64,000 nucleotides of DNA from Adineta vaga (Eukaryota; Animalia; Rotifera). The notes below the pieces were generated by a model. It saw only the letters and a program-made list of their open reading frames with translations. It did no database searches and was not told the DNA's origin. Of this stretch, positions 1 to 12,076 are shown one piece after another. Position numbers and translations under genes: made by a program. The first letter of the stretch is position 1; every line of letters starts with the position of its first letter. The stretch lies in assembly GCA_021613535.1 (NCBI GenBank), contig CP075497.1, forward strand, positions 6,696,001 to 6,760,000, given 5' to 3'.

Positions 1-2602
1 ACTCTATTTGAAATCAAATATGAAATACATTTCTTTCATTTTCTGTCAACTTACTTATCTTTTGCACATAGTTTATGTTTAATAATTTCACTACGAATTG
101 TTTCACTAATCTTTTCATCAAACAATGGAATACCAAATCTTGAAAATGCAACGAAGTATTAGTATAAAATCTGTTCTATGATTAAAATCTTACCTAACAT
201 CTAAGAGAACTTCTTCAGCAGTATTCGATGATATTGCTAACATTGATACATAACCACAGGTATTCTTCAAATCAATTGCTAATGATAACTTTTCCAATCC
301 GGAATGTTTTTCCATATGTTCAAATGGAAATGGTATATGTCGGATTTGTTGATACTCTTCTTTGAAATCATTGCTATTTCCATGATAAAATCCTTGTAAA
401 AGTACAGCTGAATGAAGTAATGCTTCATTAATACTTAATAAAATGTTCACATTTGATATATATGTTGGTTCATGATTCCATGTTGTAACGAGAAATTTAT
501 CGAATATTTTCAAACAATCAGGTAAAACATTTAAACGATAACCTTTTGGTAAAAGTAATGATGGTGGTCCTGATTTTGTTAAACTATAAATGAATAATTT
601 CATCCAAACACTATTCATTTCTTGCAAATATGGTCCAAGATAATCAATTGAATTAAATGGTGAATAAACTGTTTCAGCACTAATAGGTGCCATTGATATT
701 AAAATATGATAATTTCGTTCAATTAAACGTTGACGAGTCGTTGAATCAAGACTAGATAAGCTTTCATAGCGAATTAGATCGACTCCAAGAGGACCAATTT
801 CTTCATCAAAAAGTTCATTATTTAAACGTAAAAATGATATTGTTTGATAAAGAACACGTGCATGTAAAAAATATCGATCTGCTTCTCCTTCACTTTGATT
901 ATCATCATCTATGGATTTTATTGCTGATTGAGATATAGGTGATATTCTTTCTAATTCTTGTAGAAATGAACCAAGTATTTCATCAGCTAATTTACCAACT
1001 TCAAACATTGTTACAGCATGCGTTTTTAAATTTGGTGATAGATTTCCCATCATTAAAAATGCTGTTAATGAAGAATCAAATAGAAATCCAATACGTTTTT
1101 GTTTTAATGTCGAACTTGTTATAGAAATAGATAGATTATCAGGTGCACCAATACTCGTCGGTGATGCTAAAGATTTCTAAAGAAGAAAATATAGTTTATA
1201 AAAGTAAGAATTCGAGAAACATAAAATCATATGTACTACGTCATCATTTGGATTTAATGAAGTTGTATCATCTTCAATAAATGATGTATCTAATTCTAAA
1301 TCTTTTTTCCATTCCGAAACATTTTTATCAATTGTTGGAGTTGCTACTTTCAATTCTTTCGGTGGTGGTGGTAATTGTAATCCACCAGTTGCAGAAAAAT
1401 GTTTCCACGATGTATGAATCACTCCATAATCACTATCAAGATTTTTCTTTCGTGCAAATCCTAATCGTAAAAACATTGACATTGTTTGCTTAACTAAATC
1501 AATATCTAAACTTAAAATTCGAGATAATTCACCAACATTTGTATGTTCATCTGTTGAAACAAATAATTTATAGAGTAAAACTTCAAAATAATCGCCAACA
1601 ATTCGATTCATAACAAAACCGGAACCTAATGGTGGTACTTGAATATAATCATCTTCGGAAACAGGTACATCTAAATAGATTAAACCTTTACGATAAAGAT
1701 TGTGTATAGCATCATAATTAAGTTCTCCAGCTAATTTCGATGATCTTTCATCAATCAAATAATCAATAATTATTTTTTCTTCATTAGTACATTGTTTAAC
1801 ATCATCATCGGTAACACAACCTAAATTAATAACCCACCATGGTTGGATATTAGCAGAATCAATGGGTTGTAATGGTAATAGATGACGAATTGATGCTGGT
1901 GTTTTCCAATTCGATAAATTTAAAAACATTTTCTTTTTTGCTGCTTGTAAAATTGTACGTGATTGATTTATTAATTCAATATATTGATTTCGACCGATGC
2001 CAAGTAAACGAAGACAGTCGGCAGCTAGAAAAAAAACGAAAGAAAGAAATTTTCAAATCTTTATCTCTGTAACCTACCGGTAAAATTCGGTAATGTATCA
2101 TAAGATTTTTCTTGAAGAATTAAATCACAAATTATATCGATATAATAAGAAAACGATGTAACACGTAAACCTTTGACATAAATATCAGATAAATGATATG
2201 GCTAGTAAACAATGAAATAAGAATTTCGATTGATTTATACAAGAAAATTCAACTTACAAATATCATCAAATGTTCACGACTATAACGTAAAAGATCATCG
2301 TAATATTTTCGAGAATCTTTATGAACTTTTCGTACTAAATTTTACTGATTATTATAGAAAATTCGAATGATTACGTAACATACCAAGATTTCCCTTATAT
2401 CGAAGTTGATGTTTGATTGAAAATGATAATACAGCTTTATCATATTCTTTTTCCGTATTCCAACCACATTTCTATAAAGAAAAAAGAATTTCATATCGAT
2501 AATAATACGAAATTAAATGATAAATACTTGTTTAACTTCAGATGTAAGTTGAAGCCATTCAATATTTGTTCGAATGTAATGTTCGTCTAGTTGAGACGTC
2601 AT
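1..2602 (-). CDS. FAM91A1: FAM91A1 (WDR11 complex subunit), multi-exon; 3' end lies beyond the window start
   Basis: ATG at 2602 (MTSQLDEHYIRTNIEWLQL). Spliced exons give [74 protein letters not shown] and GNLSPNLKTHAVTMFEVGKL, all recognisable FAM91 N- and C-domain motifs. Confidence 0.93.
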
Positions 2603-3540
2603 GCGATGATCATTATTGGCACAAATGAAAACTAAATGCGTAAAGGTTTTCTTTTTCGATCTTCATTCATCGATCGATCAATGATTCACGGAAAAATATA
2701 GGCAACCATGCATTTCGATAGATGTCATATCATAACAATCAAAATATGTGTCGTCACAGAACAAGATAAGATTTTATTACAGTTGAGCTCGAAATTTCGA
2801 GTTTTTTAACTTTAAACCTCACAATTTGATAAAAACAAAAGAAAACTATATATAGATCTTAATAGTTTATAAATTTTCACTTTGACCACAGACATGCAAA
2901 TACATTGTTTTATTAAAATAATTACTACTTGTTTTGTTTCATATTCTATGATTACTAAAAAACTAAAGAAATCATTATATCACACACTTTTCCCCCTCAA
3001 TATTCATCCAAATGTTTCAGGTTGATTTGGAATCTCGATAAGTACATGAATAGATCTCAAATTAACCATATGGAGATTATGAAGAAGTAATATGGCATAT
3101 GTCAAAAAAATTATTTATTTCGTCTAATTATTTATTAATTGAAAAGTTCTTGCTATCATCTAATACAACAAGAATAAATATAAGTTCTCAGACTTGATAA
3201 TATCAGAATAACTTGATCGGAATTTCGACAGTTTTACATGAGAATAGAAGACTTGAAGATGATTTATAATGGTAATCAAATAAGTTGTTTTTCACAATTT
3301 TTTTTCCTTTATTTTTAATTTCAAGAAAAAGAATCCCTCGTCTGAGCACGCATCATTGTATAACATTCAACATTTCCTATCGTTTCTGAACCTATAGACA
3401 TACAACAACAACATCAATTGAAGAGTAAAGAAAACAAAACGCAATAAGAATAGGAATAGTAATAGTAGTTAGATAAAAATAGAGTCATTCATTTGAGAAG
3501 AAAAGAGAAAACAAAAAAAGATGTATCGAAAATGGGGGAT

Positions 3541-3568
3541 GATAATAATAATAATAATAATAATAATA
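3541..3568. repeat. (ATA)n trinucleotide microsatellite
   Basis: gataataataataataataataataatat seen directly. Confidence 0.85.
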
Positions 3569-4284
3569 TTCGAGCGCATTACACAAAACAATCCGTATGT
3601 ACACACACTCACGAAAGAAGAAAACGAGAAAGAAATGGCCATGAAGAACAAATGTAGACGCGCGCATCAAGTATCTGCAACTGTTTTGTGTAACTCCATA
3701 CATTTTTTTTCTTTCTGGATAGAAACGAAAAGAAGAAAACAAGGTCGGAAATTTAGCAATAGACACAAAAGAAGAAAATGCTTAATGAGAAGAACTAATC
3801 TAATCACGTAAGAAGTATAGGAATACAACATAGCGTTCTTCATGTTATCCTAAAGACAATGAATATAGTCGAAGAAAATTAACCTACAGACAAAATAGAA
3901 ATAGACTAGAAATTTCCACGAGAGACCATACATAGACAAATACACGTAGAAGGAAGAAGTAGAAGTAGAAGAAAATAATGATAACTATTCGATTAAAACT
4001 ATCATTATTGTAATAATAAGATAGGTAGATATGGCTAATAGGGAAGGAAATTCGTCTCTTAGTTTTTTTTCTTTCGAAAATCTCATTAAACACAAATATA
4101 GGGCGGCATCGAAATAGAGATACACAAAGGCATGTTGAAAACGTTTATCTACTGACTAAAAACTATATTTGACTTCGATCTTCAATAAATTCACTTCTAC
4201 ACTGAAAGTCAACAACAACAAAATGCACAATACATATATTAAGAATGAATAAAGAAAACAAAAGCAAAAGAAACACCTAGCAAA

Positions 4285-5754
4285 TCATTCAATGGATGGA
4301 TGTATTTGTTGTCGAGGTGAATAATTTGAATTAGCAAGAAATAATTCTTGAATATTTTGTTTAAGAATATTTAAATTAACTTCCATTAAAGCTAAAAGAA
4401 GAATCGAACAAAGATAGAATTCAATTATTCTCATTGAAATATGTTCAATACCTTCGTTTATTCTCGATTCTCTCTTTAAAATACATATCAGTGCAGTTGT
4501 CGGATTGATATCTTTTAAATATAAAACAAGTCCGATCGAAAGTTCAATAGTACAATATGACATTGAATCTAGCACCGGAGTACTATTTTTCCTTAAAGAT
4601 AACAAACAAAAGAATTGAATTATTTGCTAAATCTTCACAATGAAGTATTTACCCATATATAGACGAAATGTCCGTATAAACATCAACTACATCGCAACAT
4701 AGTTCTGATATTTGACTTTCAACCGGTTTTGTATCCGATGCCAAAAATATTTTATTAGAAATATCACATACAAAGATCTTATCCAATTGAGTACTCTAAA
4801 GAGAGAACGTAAAATGGTGATTAGTGATTTTTTTTTCTATCGTTGTTTAGTTACTTACGGCTGTAACTAAATCAAGCATATTTTCAAGTGCACGTAACTG
4901 TCGCATTTGATTCTGAACAATTTTACTGAATGCTTCATGAATCGAATGATCATAAATACTTGTCAAATAAAAACTGAAAAAAACAACAACAACAACACCA
5001 ATCATATCATTAGAATATAAATCACTTGAAATATAATCAAATATTTACTTTATAAGTGGTTCTTCTATCGAACATTCATGTAACATAACAGTTACTTGCT
5101 GTTGTATATTTGAATAACGATCTAAACGATCGGGTTCATGAACACCATCAATCTAAAAATGATTATATATTCAATAAATCAATAATTTCATTTCGACTTG
5201 ATTTATACCTTATGAATAAGTACTTCAAATCGAATATTATGACCTTGTGAATACATCCGTTGCACAGAACTAACTAATAAATTAATTGAATCTGAACAAT
5301 CTTCCTAAGAAAATAAACGAAAAATGATATGATTTCAGATATGAATTGACATACTGTTGCATCAAGAACAAACACAATGGTAGTACATTCCGATGAATAC
5401 GTATCAAAATCAAGTAGAGATGCTATTTTTGGACCGGGTACATCACAAATTTGAAATTCAACATGAATTCCACAGGAAAATTCTAAATGAAAAGTAATTC
5501 TTAATGAAATAGATTCGAATTGAAAGAGTCTATTTACCATGTCTTTGAATCATTTTCGTTTCTGGAAGTTGAAGTGTTTCACCGGCTGTCATTTTGTCAA
5601 AAATAAGTTTTATAATCGATGTTTTACCGCTTCTAAATATTTCGAAAATAATGTTTAGTAAAATGAAAATTTTGTTTTTCATCATTACTTTGTTAAACCC
5701 CACATCAATAATTTAGGTCGATCAGGTGCCAATTCTCCATAATCACTATCTATC

Positions 5755-5785
<31 letters not shown>

Positions 5786-5990
5786 GGTGGTGTAGTTGTC
5801 CTCCAGTATCATCTAATCCATTATGACCATTGAGTGTTGATGAAGGATGAAAACCATTGGAATATGGTCTTGATTGTTGGTGGGGACGACTAGGAGGATT
5901 ATAATGACTATAATATTGATGATATTCACCGTCGGTACTAGTACTATTATTACTAGCCGTTTCACAGGCACCATTTAGCCCGTAACTCAT
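4285..5990 (-). CDS. RRAGC: Ras-related GTP-binding protein C/D (RagC/RagD, Gtr2-like), about 7 exons, His/Gln-rich N-terminus
   Basis: Spliced P-loop [14 protein letters not shown], then [51 protein letters not shown] and [17 protein letters not shown] roadblock domain, matching the RagC/D architecture. Confidence 0.88.
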
Positions 5991-6695
5991 ATCTGAAAAT
6001 ATGCAATTTAAACAATAGAATTAAGAAGAATCTTTTTCTTTTTAAATATAAATATGCGTTCAAAATTTCTCCATTGGTTATCATTATAAACCAGTCATAT
6101 TTCAAGATTTACTCGAAATTATGAGCAATCGTTCGATTATCTTGGTATGCTAGGCATTTTTCACATTCCTATCTTGTCTTTTGTTCATTATTTTCTCTCA
6201 TTATTGTACTTATTTTTCCCTATTGATGATATAATTATATTGTCATTTACATAAAACTGTAAGACGAAAAAAAAACAATAATATACGACGAGTTACCTTT
6301 AATCTTTTTTATAGATAGGATTCAGTTTTGATGCCTATATTATTTAGTTTTTATCCCTGTCAATGTCACCCTTCTTCTCTTCCCATCGCGAACATGCACA
6401 ACCACCACCGACACCACATCTACCACTGACGACGAGAAGACAAACAGGATCGTATGGTGCTCTCTCATTTTCTCTCTTTCTTACCCGAGCTATCATATGT
6501 GTTTCTCTTTTCTCTCTCTATTCTCAGCTGTTTTTCACCCCCATTCGTTCTCTCTCTCTCCTCTTTTATCCGTCTCTTTTATTTGCCCGAATCATTCGGG
6601 CTGAAGACAAAGAATAAAACATCGCGGACACTTGACGATAAACAAACGAGAGAAAAAGAAAGGAAGAGAGAGAGGAAAAAGAGGAAAAAACCTAA

Positions 6696-6707
6696 GCTGA
6701 CGTCAGC
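6696..6707. promoter_or_regulatory. Palindromic CRE-like site GCTGACGTCAGC
   Basis: Perfect 12-bp palindrome containing TGACGTCA, about 700 bp upstream of the Rag ATG. Function is inferred only. Confidence 0.4.
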
Positions 6708-7925
6708 CATATATTTGCTACGAATAAAGAAAAAGAAATAGCTAAGAACATTCAACTACGTAGTCGTCTTCGATCAGCTGTATATTGTCGCTCTAACAAG
6801 GACTGGATTGTATGACAAGAGAGAAGAGGAACATGAGGAGAAATAAGTAGAGCTTAAGTTTGCTTTTCATTCTTTTTTTTTATATTGATGGCATTGCTTG
6901 ATGAGAAGGAAGAACGATCGAGGATTTCCGTCTTATAATAACATCCAATCCATTCTAAAGCACTCAGAAGCACACGAATATAGGCACATTTTTTTGCTTA
7001 ATTTCTCTGTCATTAGCATACTACAGCTATCTTCTTTGATCAACATGAGTCTCTCGAACAAATTAATTTCTTCAAACAGGTTCATTTATACCAAGAAATC
7101 AGCACATCTGTGTTTGTATGTGTTACGATCAGAGTGAATACAATCACACAAATGTATTATCACTCTTTTTTTTCTATTTTCGTAAAGTTAAGAATAACAA
7201 ACATGATGACAAACATTTCAATAAAACCAAATTAAAAACGAGATGTGTGTTTTGATTATAAACACGTATACGAGAAAAGAAACATCTATTTTTCAAGTTG
7301 ATCTTAATCTGCTCGCAATTCATGAACTAAAACTAATTTAATCAGATAAATAAAGAAGATCTCTGCTGAGTAATCAAGCATACATCGACGTGTGAATCTA
7401 TCTATATCTTTTCATTGGTATTTTTAATATTTTATGATAGTGTGATAAGTAAAAAGAAGAGGAGGGGGGGGAATGCGAGAAAGAAAAAGAGTTTGTTTCC
7501 ATTTTTATCAACAATCGTGATGTTTTCATTTAATAAATATAGTTTAGATACTTTTTTATTAGACTCCTAGGGGCAAAAATAAGAAAGAGCTTGTTTTATG
7601 ATGAAAGGGCGTCGACAGCTGTTCGTCAAGTTTTCATATTCTTTCGTCTCACCATCTTCTTCTCTTTTTTCTCCTTATTTCCAACAAAATTATAGTGTGT
7701 AATATAACGATTGCTCTACACGTGTTTGTTAGTTATTCTTATCATTTGAGAGAGATATTTTTTTAGGTGTAAGCAAGTAACTAAAAGCATTAAGAGAAAA
7801 AGAAATTGAGATTGCGACAGACAGAGGGGGGGGGAGAAGAAAAAAAATCAAACGAACAACATACACATTGTTTTGTTGTCGTTTTCGGTATAATAATTGT
7901 ACTTGTGTTTTTAAAACACAAGCAA

Positions 7926-7963
7926 AATAATAACAACAACAACAACAATAATAATAATAATAA
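7926..7963. repeat. Compound (AAT)n/(AAC)n microsatellite
   Basis: aataataacaacaacaacaacaataataataataataa seen directly. Confidence 0.85.
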
Positions 7964-10328
7964 CATCCAATCGAATGTCATCAACGAGCAATTTAATAAA
8001 TCTTTTCATCTTAATAAAAGCTCACATAAAAGAAAAATAATCCCACTACATACCGAGTATGTTTTTAATGTATAAAACATTGATTTGAAGATCAGATGTT
8101 ATAAATGTCAAAATGCAAAAGAAAGCATTTTCTTCAAACATCTATATATACATGTATATACATGTACACGTCGATCTGCACTTTGTACACTAGCTATCGA
8201 GTGCAACCCTTGCCACGACCATAACACACGTTTGATTGATTATGTCTTAGTGTCAATATTTTGCCGTTATGGCTACGAAATTCAATCTGTTTGCTGATGC
8301 CCTTAAATAACGTTGAAGATATATATATATACATAAAGAAAATAAGAGCGACTAAAAACCTCATTATATGGTTTCATGTGCATCAGTCAGTATATATATT
8401 TCTCAGTCGAAGATACTGATGTTCTATCTAGATTAGTGCAATCGTGCATCTCATCCTCTAGGCATTTGGTAGATCTTTCTTCTTTTCTTATAAGTCGATG
8501 AAGTATGTTGTTGTTGTTATTATTATCGATGTCGTGCATAACGAATCATCTGTTTCTTTTTGTTCGGATCTCCATGTCGATAGTTTTATTACGAGTCCTA
8601 GGTTTTTTCTTTCTTTCTCGAAAAAGAAAGTGCGCATTACACTCTCCAGATCATCAACAGAATCTAAACGAACCACAATGTTATAATAATAATTCATGAA
8701 AAAAGACAATCAACACTAGTTTTTCCTTTGTTCTTCTGCTTCACTGTCATTTCTACAAGCATTAATCTAAAACCTTAATAAAAAATATTGTTTTATTAGT
8801 CAGAAATAGGAATGCACAGACAATATACATCATTGCAAGACTATCATTATTGTTATTATTAACATGACTCAGTGAAATGACACTTGATTGAGAAAGAAAA
8901 AAGGAAATAATAACTCACTATACGTAGCTATCAACCATATTTGAGTGAGAAGAACTGAAACTATTTTTAGTTGTCAATCAAATATGCATCTGCATGTCAA
9001 ATGAAAGCGGATACAAGTCATTGGTGCAAAAGATTTGAAAACATAAAACGCATCATTATTATTATTATTATTATAAGTTGAAGACAAAATTGAATAAGTA
9101 CATAGGTTTCTTCAAGGCTCAATATGAAAACAAGAAATTCATTAAGGTATTTTTCATATTTTTAAGTGTAGTAAAAACCAAATAGACGATAAACAATGTC
9201 ATACAGTCCCTTGGTTTACAATTTAATAGATGTTCCTTTTTCCTCTTAATTGTCTTTTATTGTATTTATTACCAATAAAAAAAGAGACTATTTTTATTTA
9301 TATTTGTCATAAATGGCCTTTTTTAAACACCCATCCTTGGCATTAGAGTCTAAAATAACTTTTTGCATGAAAAATAAGTCAATAAAAATGAGTAACAACT
9401 GTCAGATGTTATAAATGGCATCAGATTTATGAATATATATATATAGAACAAATTTAATAATATATTATACAAAGCTTTTCATGAAAATAAAAGATCAGCT
9501 ATATTTAAAATGAAAAGCAATGATCGTTCGAATATTTTTTCATTGATTAGATGTAGATGAGAAATGAATTTGTGTTGTTTTCTTTTTTGACCTAGAAAAA
9601 TCGGAAATAATTATATTTGCATTTGAGAAGAATTGGAAAGAAGAATATTTTGGTTTTGATTACTTCTCGAATGTTTTAGTGTTCTTTAACATTTCATATA
9701 ACAATTCCAACTGATTGAATAACAAAACGTTCTCATATTTCTAACGCAACTTTCATCTTATCACACTATCATCAATATTTATTGAGTTTTCTTTTTTTCA
9801 GAAAATTTTCATCTCCAAAGACTCATTCATAAATCATATATAAGATTGCTATATAAATTCAAAATGGTAATTCATAATTACTACATGAAATTCTACCTGG
9901 AAAATATTTCATAATGCAAATCATTTTGAAAAATTAGATTTTAGAAATGGATTCTTCATTTGATCTCATTTGTAAAGAAGTATGACGTCAATTGAGAACT
10001 CAATTTGAGATTTTTCTTCTAAAGTAGATTAGAATATAGATGGTGACATTCTGAACCATGATTATTCCATAATAGACTGAAAATTTAGTTCAGGGACATA
10101 ATGAGGAAATAAACCTGTTATTAGAAGAACATTCGAGACGTTTTGTAACATTTATGGAAGATATTTAATCTCTATCTAAAAATAGAAAGGACGAGAAATT
10201 GTCTTTGTACCTACTAATAATATCGTCTAATTATAATTGTATCCAAATAGAGAAACAGCCACCGAATAAATTGTCAGAAAAAGAAAAGAAAGACATCAGA
10301 TCTAATTATTTTGAAAGACAACCATAGA

Positions 10329-11360
10329 CTACGATGAAGGAGAACAAATTAATGAAAAAATATCCCCTAATATAATATAAACTATTTGAATAGGTAACAA
10401 ACTCATCACAAAATAGAGATAAATATATTTGCGTTTTTTTATTGTATCTATTTCTAATATAAATGTTGAAACAGTTGTTAGACATCCACAATAACCTTGT
10501 ATGATGCTGATGAGTATTTGTTTCACTAAGGGAGACAATGCAGGAACATATTCATTGATTGCAACCATACCGAAATAAATATATGAACCGAGAATATTAG
10601 CAAATAATGTTCCCAGAGGAAAATTTGGATTGAAATTAAATAGAACTGATAACGCATATCGAGTCAATGAACCGAATGGTGCAAATATGATTGAATAAAT
10701 GAAATATGTGTAACGTCCATAAGGTAATAGGACAGCGAGAAGAATTAATATTGGAATGCTGAATACTAAAAGAATTGGAAAAAGCCAAATCCGTACAGAA
10801 CTATTCAAATATTGAATTCTTTTCGTTGTCGTTGATGATGATGGGAGAAGAAATATACTTAAATGACGACCGATAGTAAAACCAACAAATGATGAAGCAA
10901 AGGCTGATGTTATCACAGATAAATAATTCGATATGGGATATGTATAATGACTTGATGGACCAAATAATGCTACACATGAATTGTACATAAGACCGGAAAA
11001 TGTTGTAATTGATCCACATAGACCAGTAGTTAATCCGATATATAACTGTGAAAAACTAAGTATAAACTATTAGAAGAAAAATAGTTTTCATAAGAAACCA
11101 TACTGATTATGAATATGCATCTTTTGTTCAACAAAAAAACCCATGATAAAACATCCGACAAAATTGGTCCAAAATGCAGCATTTAACGGTGTTTGATTAT
11201 TTCCAAGAAATGATAAACCAAGACGAATTGTAACACCAATATACGAAAAGATTACAATTGGCATAATAGAACTCAAACGATGTTTTTGTACAACAACCGG
11301 TTCAGTTTCATCTTCAGTAACAATTTCTAACGCTTCAGGTATTCTATCGAGGTCCATCAT
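10329..11360 (-). CDS. FEX: FEX-type fluoride export channel (two fused CrcB/Fluc domains), 2 exons (11360-11104, 11055-10329)
   Basis: Domain 1 has GVTIRLGL, NFVGCFIMG and spliced LYIGLTTGLCGSITTFSG. Domain 2 has APFGSLTRY, FPLGTLFANILGS and GYCGCLTTVSTF. These are Fluc/CrcB signatures in the eukaryotic FEX arrangement. Confidence 0.92.
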
Positions 11361-12076
11361 ATTCACGATACAAAAAAGAAATATTCTTATTTTAAAATGT
11401 TCAAATAAGAATTTAAATAATTACTCCATACTTCATCAATGTGCTCTCTAGATAGAGAACTTCTACGGCATCGTCTCTGATGTACCATACATACACCACC
11501 ATTATTTCTTCGTTAACTGATGATTGGTAAAAGAATATCCAATTGGATAGTATTTAAAAATAAATGACTAACTAAATCACTTTGTAAAAACATATTCACT
11601 CAAATATTATGTATGTTTTTTTGCTGCGATACCATATGAATAATAGGATTGACTATTCGTAACTTTTTTCATACTTCAAAATAAAATAGAGATTTATTTA
11701 CCTGAAGAAGAGTGCATTGCATTCAGTTTACAAACCAACAGAATCAGTCATGATACAGTTAAACTTATGTTCCAATGTATTTTAGTTTTTCATATCAGAC
11801 GATGGTTTCATTTTCTTTTTTGTTAACACCAGTTTTCAGATATGATTCAATTGCCAGAGTATACTATTCTAGTTATTGTTCAAAATATGCTCAGCATCGC
11901 TCGAAGAGATTTTTTTATTCCATTTGATCAATCGATGATGATGATGAATAAATCTGACGAAATCTCATTACTAAATATAATGACATCATTTTCATTTGCC
12001 TTACATATTTCATTCGATGATGTAATAACCTTTAGATATAAATCAAACGCATTTCTACATTAAATCGTATATTATC

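Noticed and set aside
3469-4093. Short ORFs with poly-Ile or poly-Tyr runs
   Set aside because: Translations of an (ATA)n microsatellite and AT-rich sequence in the probable Rag 3' UTR or intergenic region.
6363-8709. Multiple 60-95 aa ORFs in the Rag-FEX interval
   Set aside because: Low-complexity F/L/K/N-rich translations with no family motifs or consistent splice structure.
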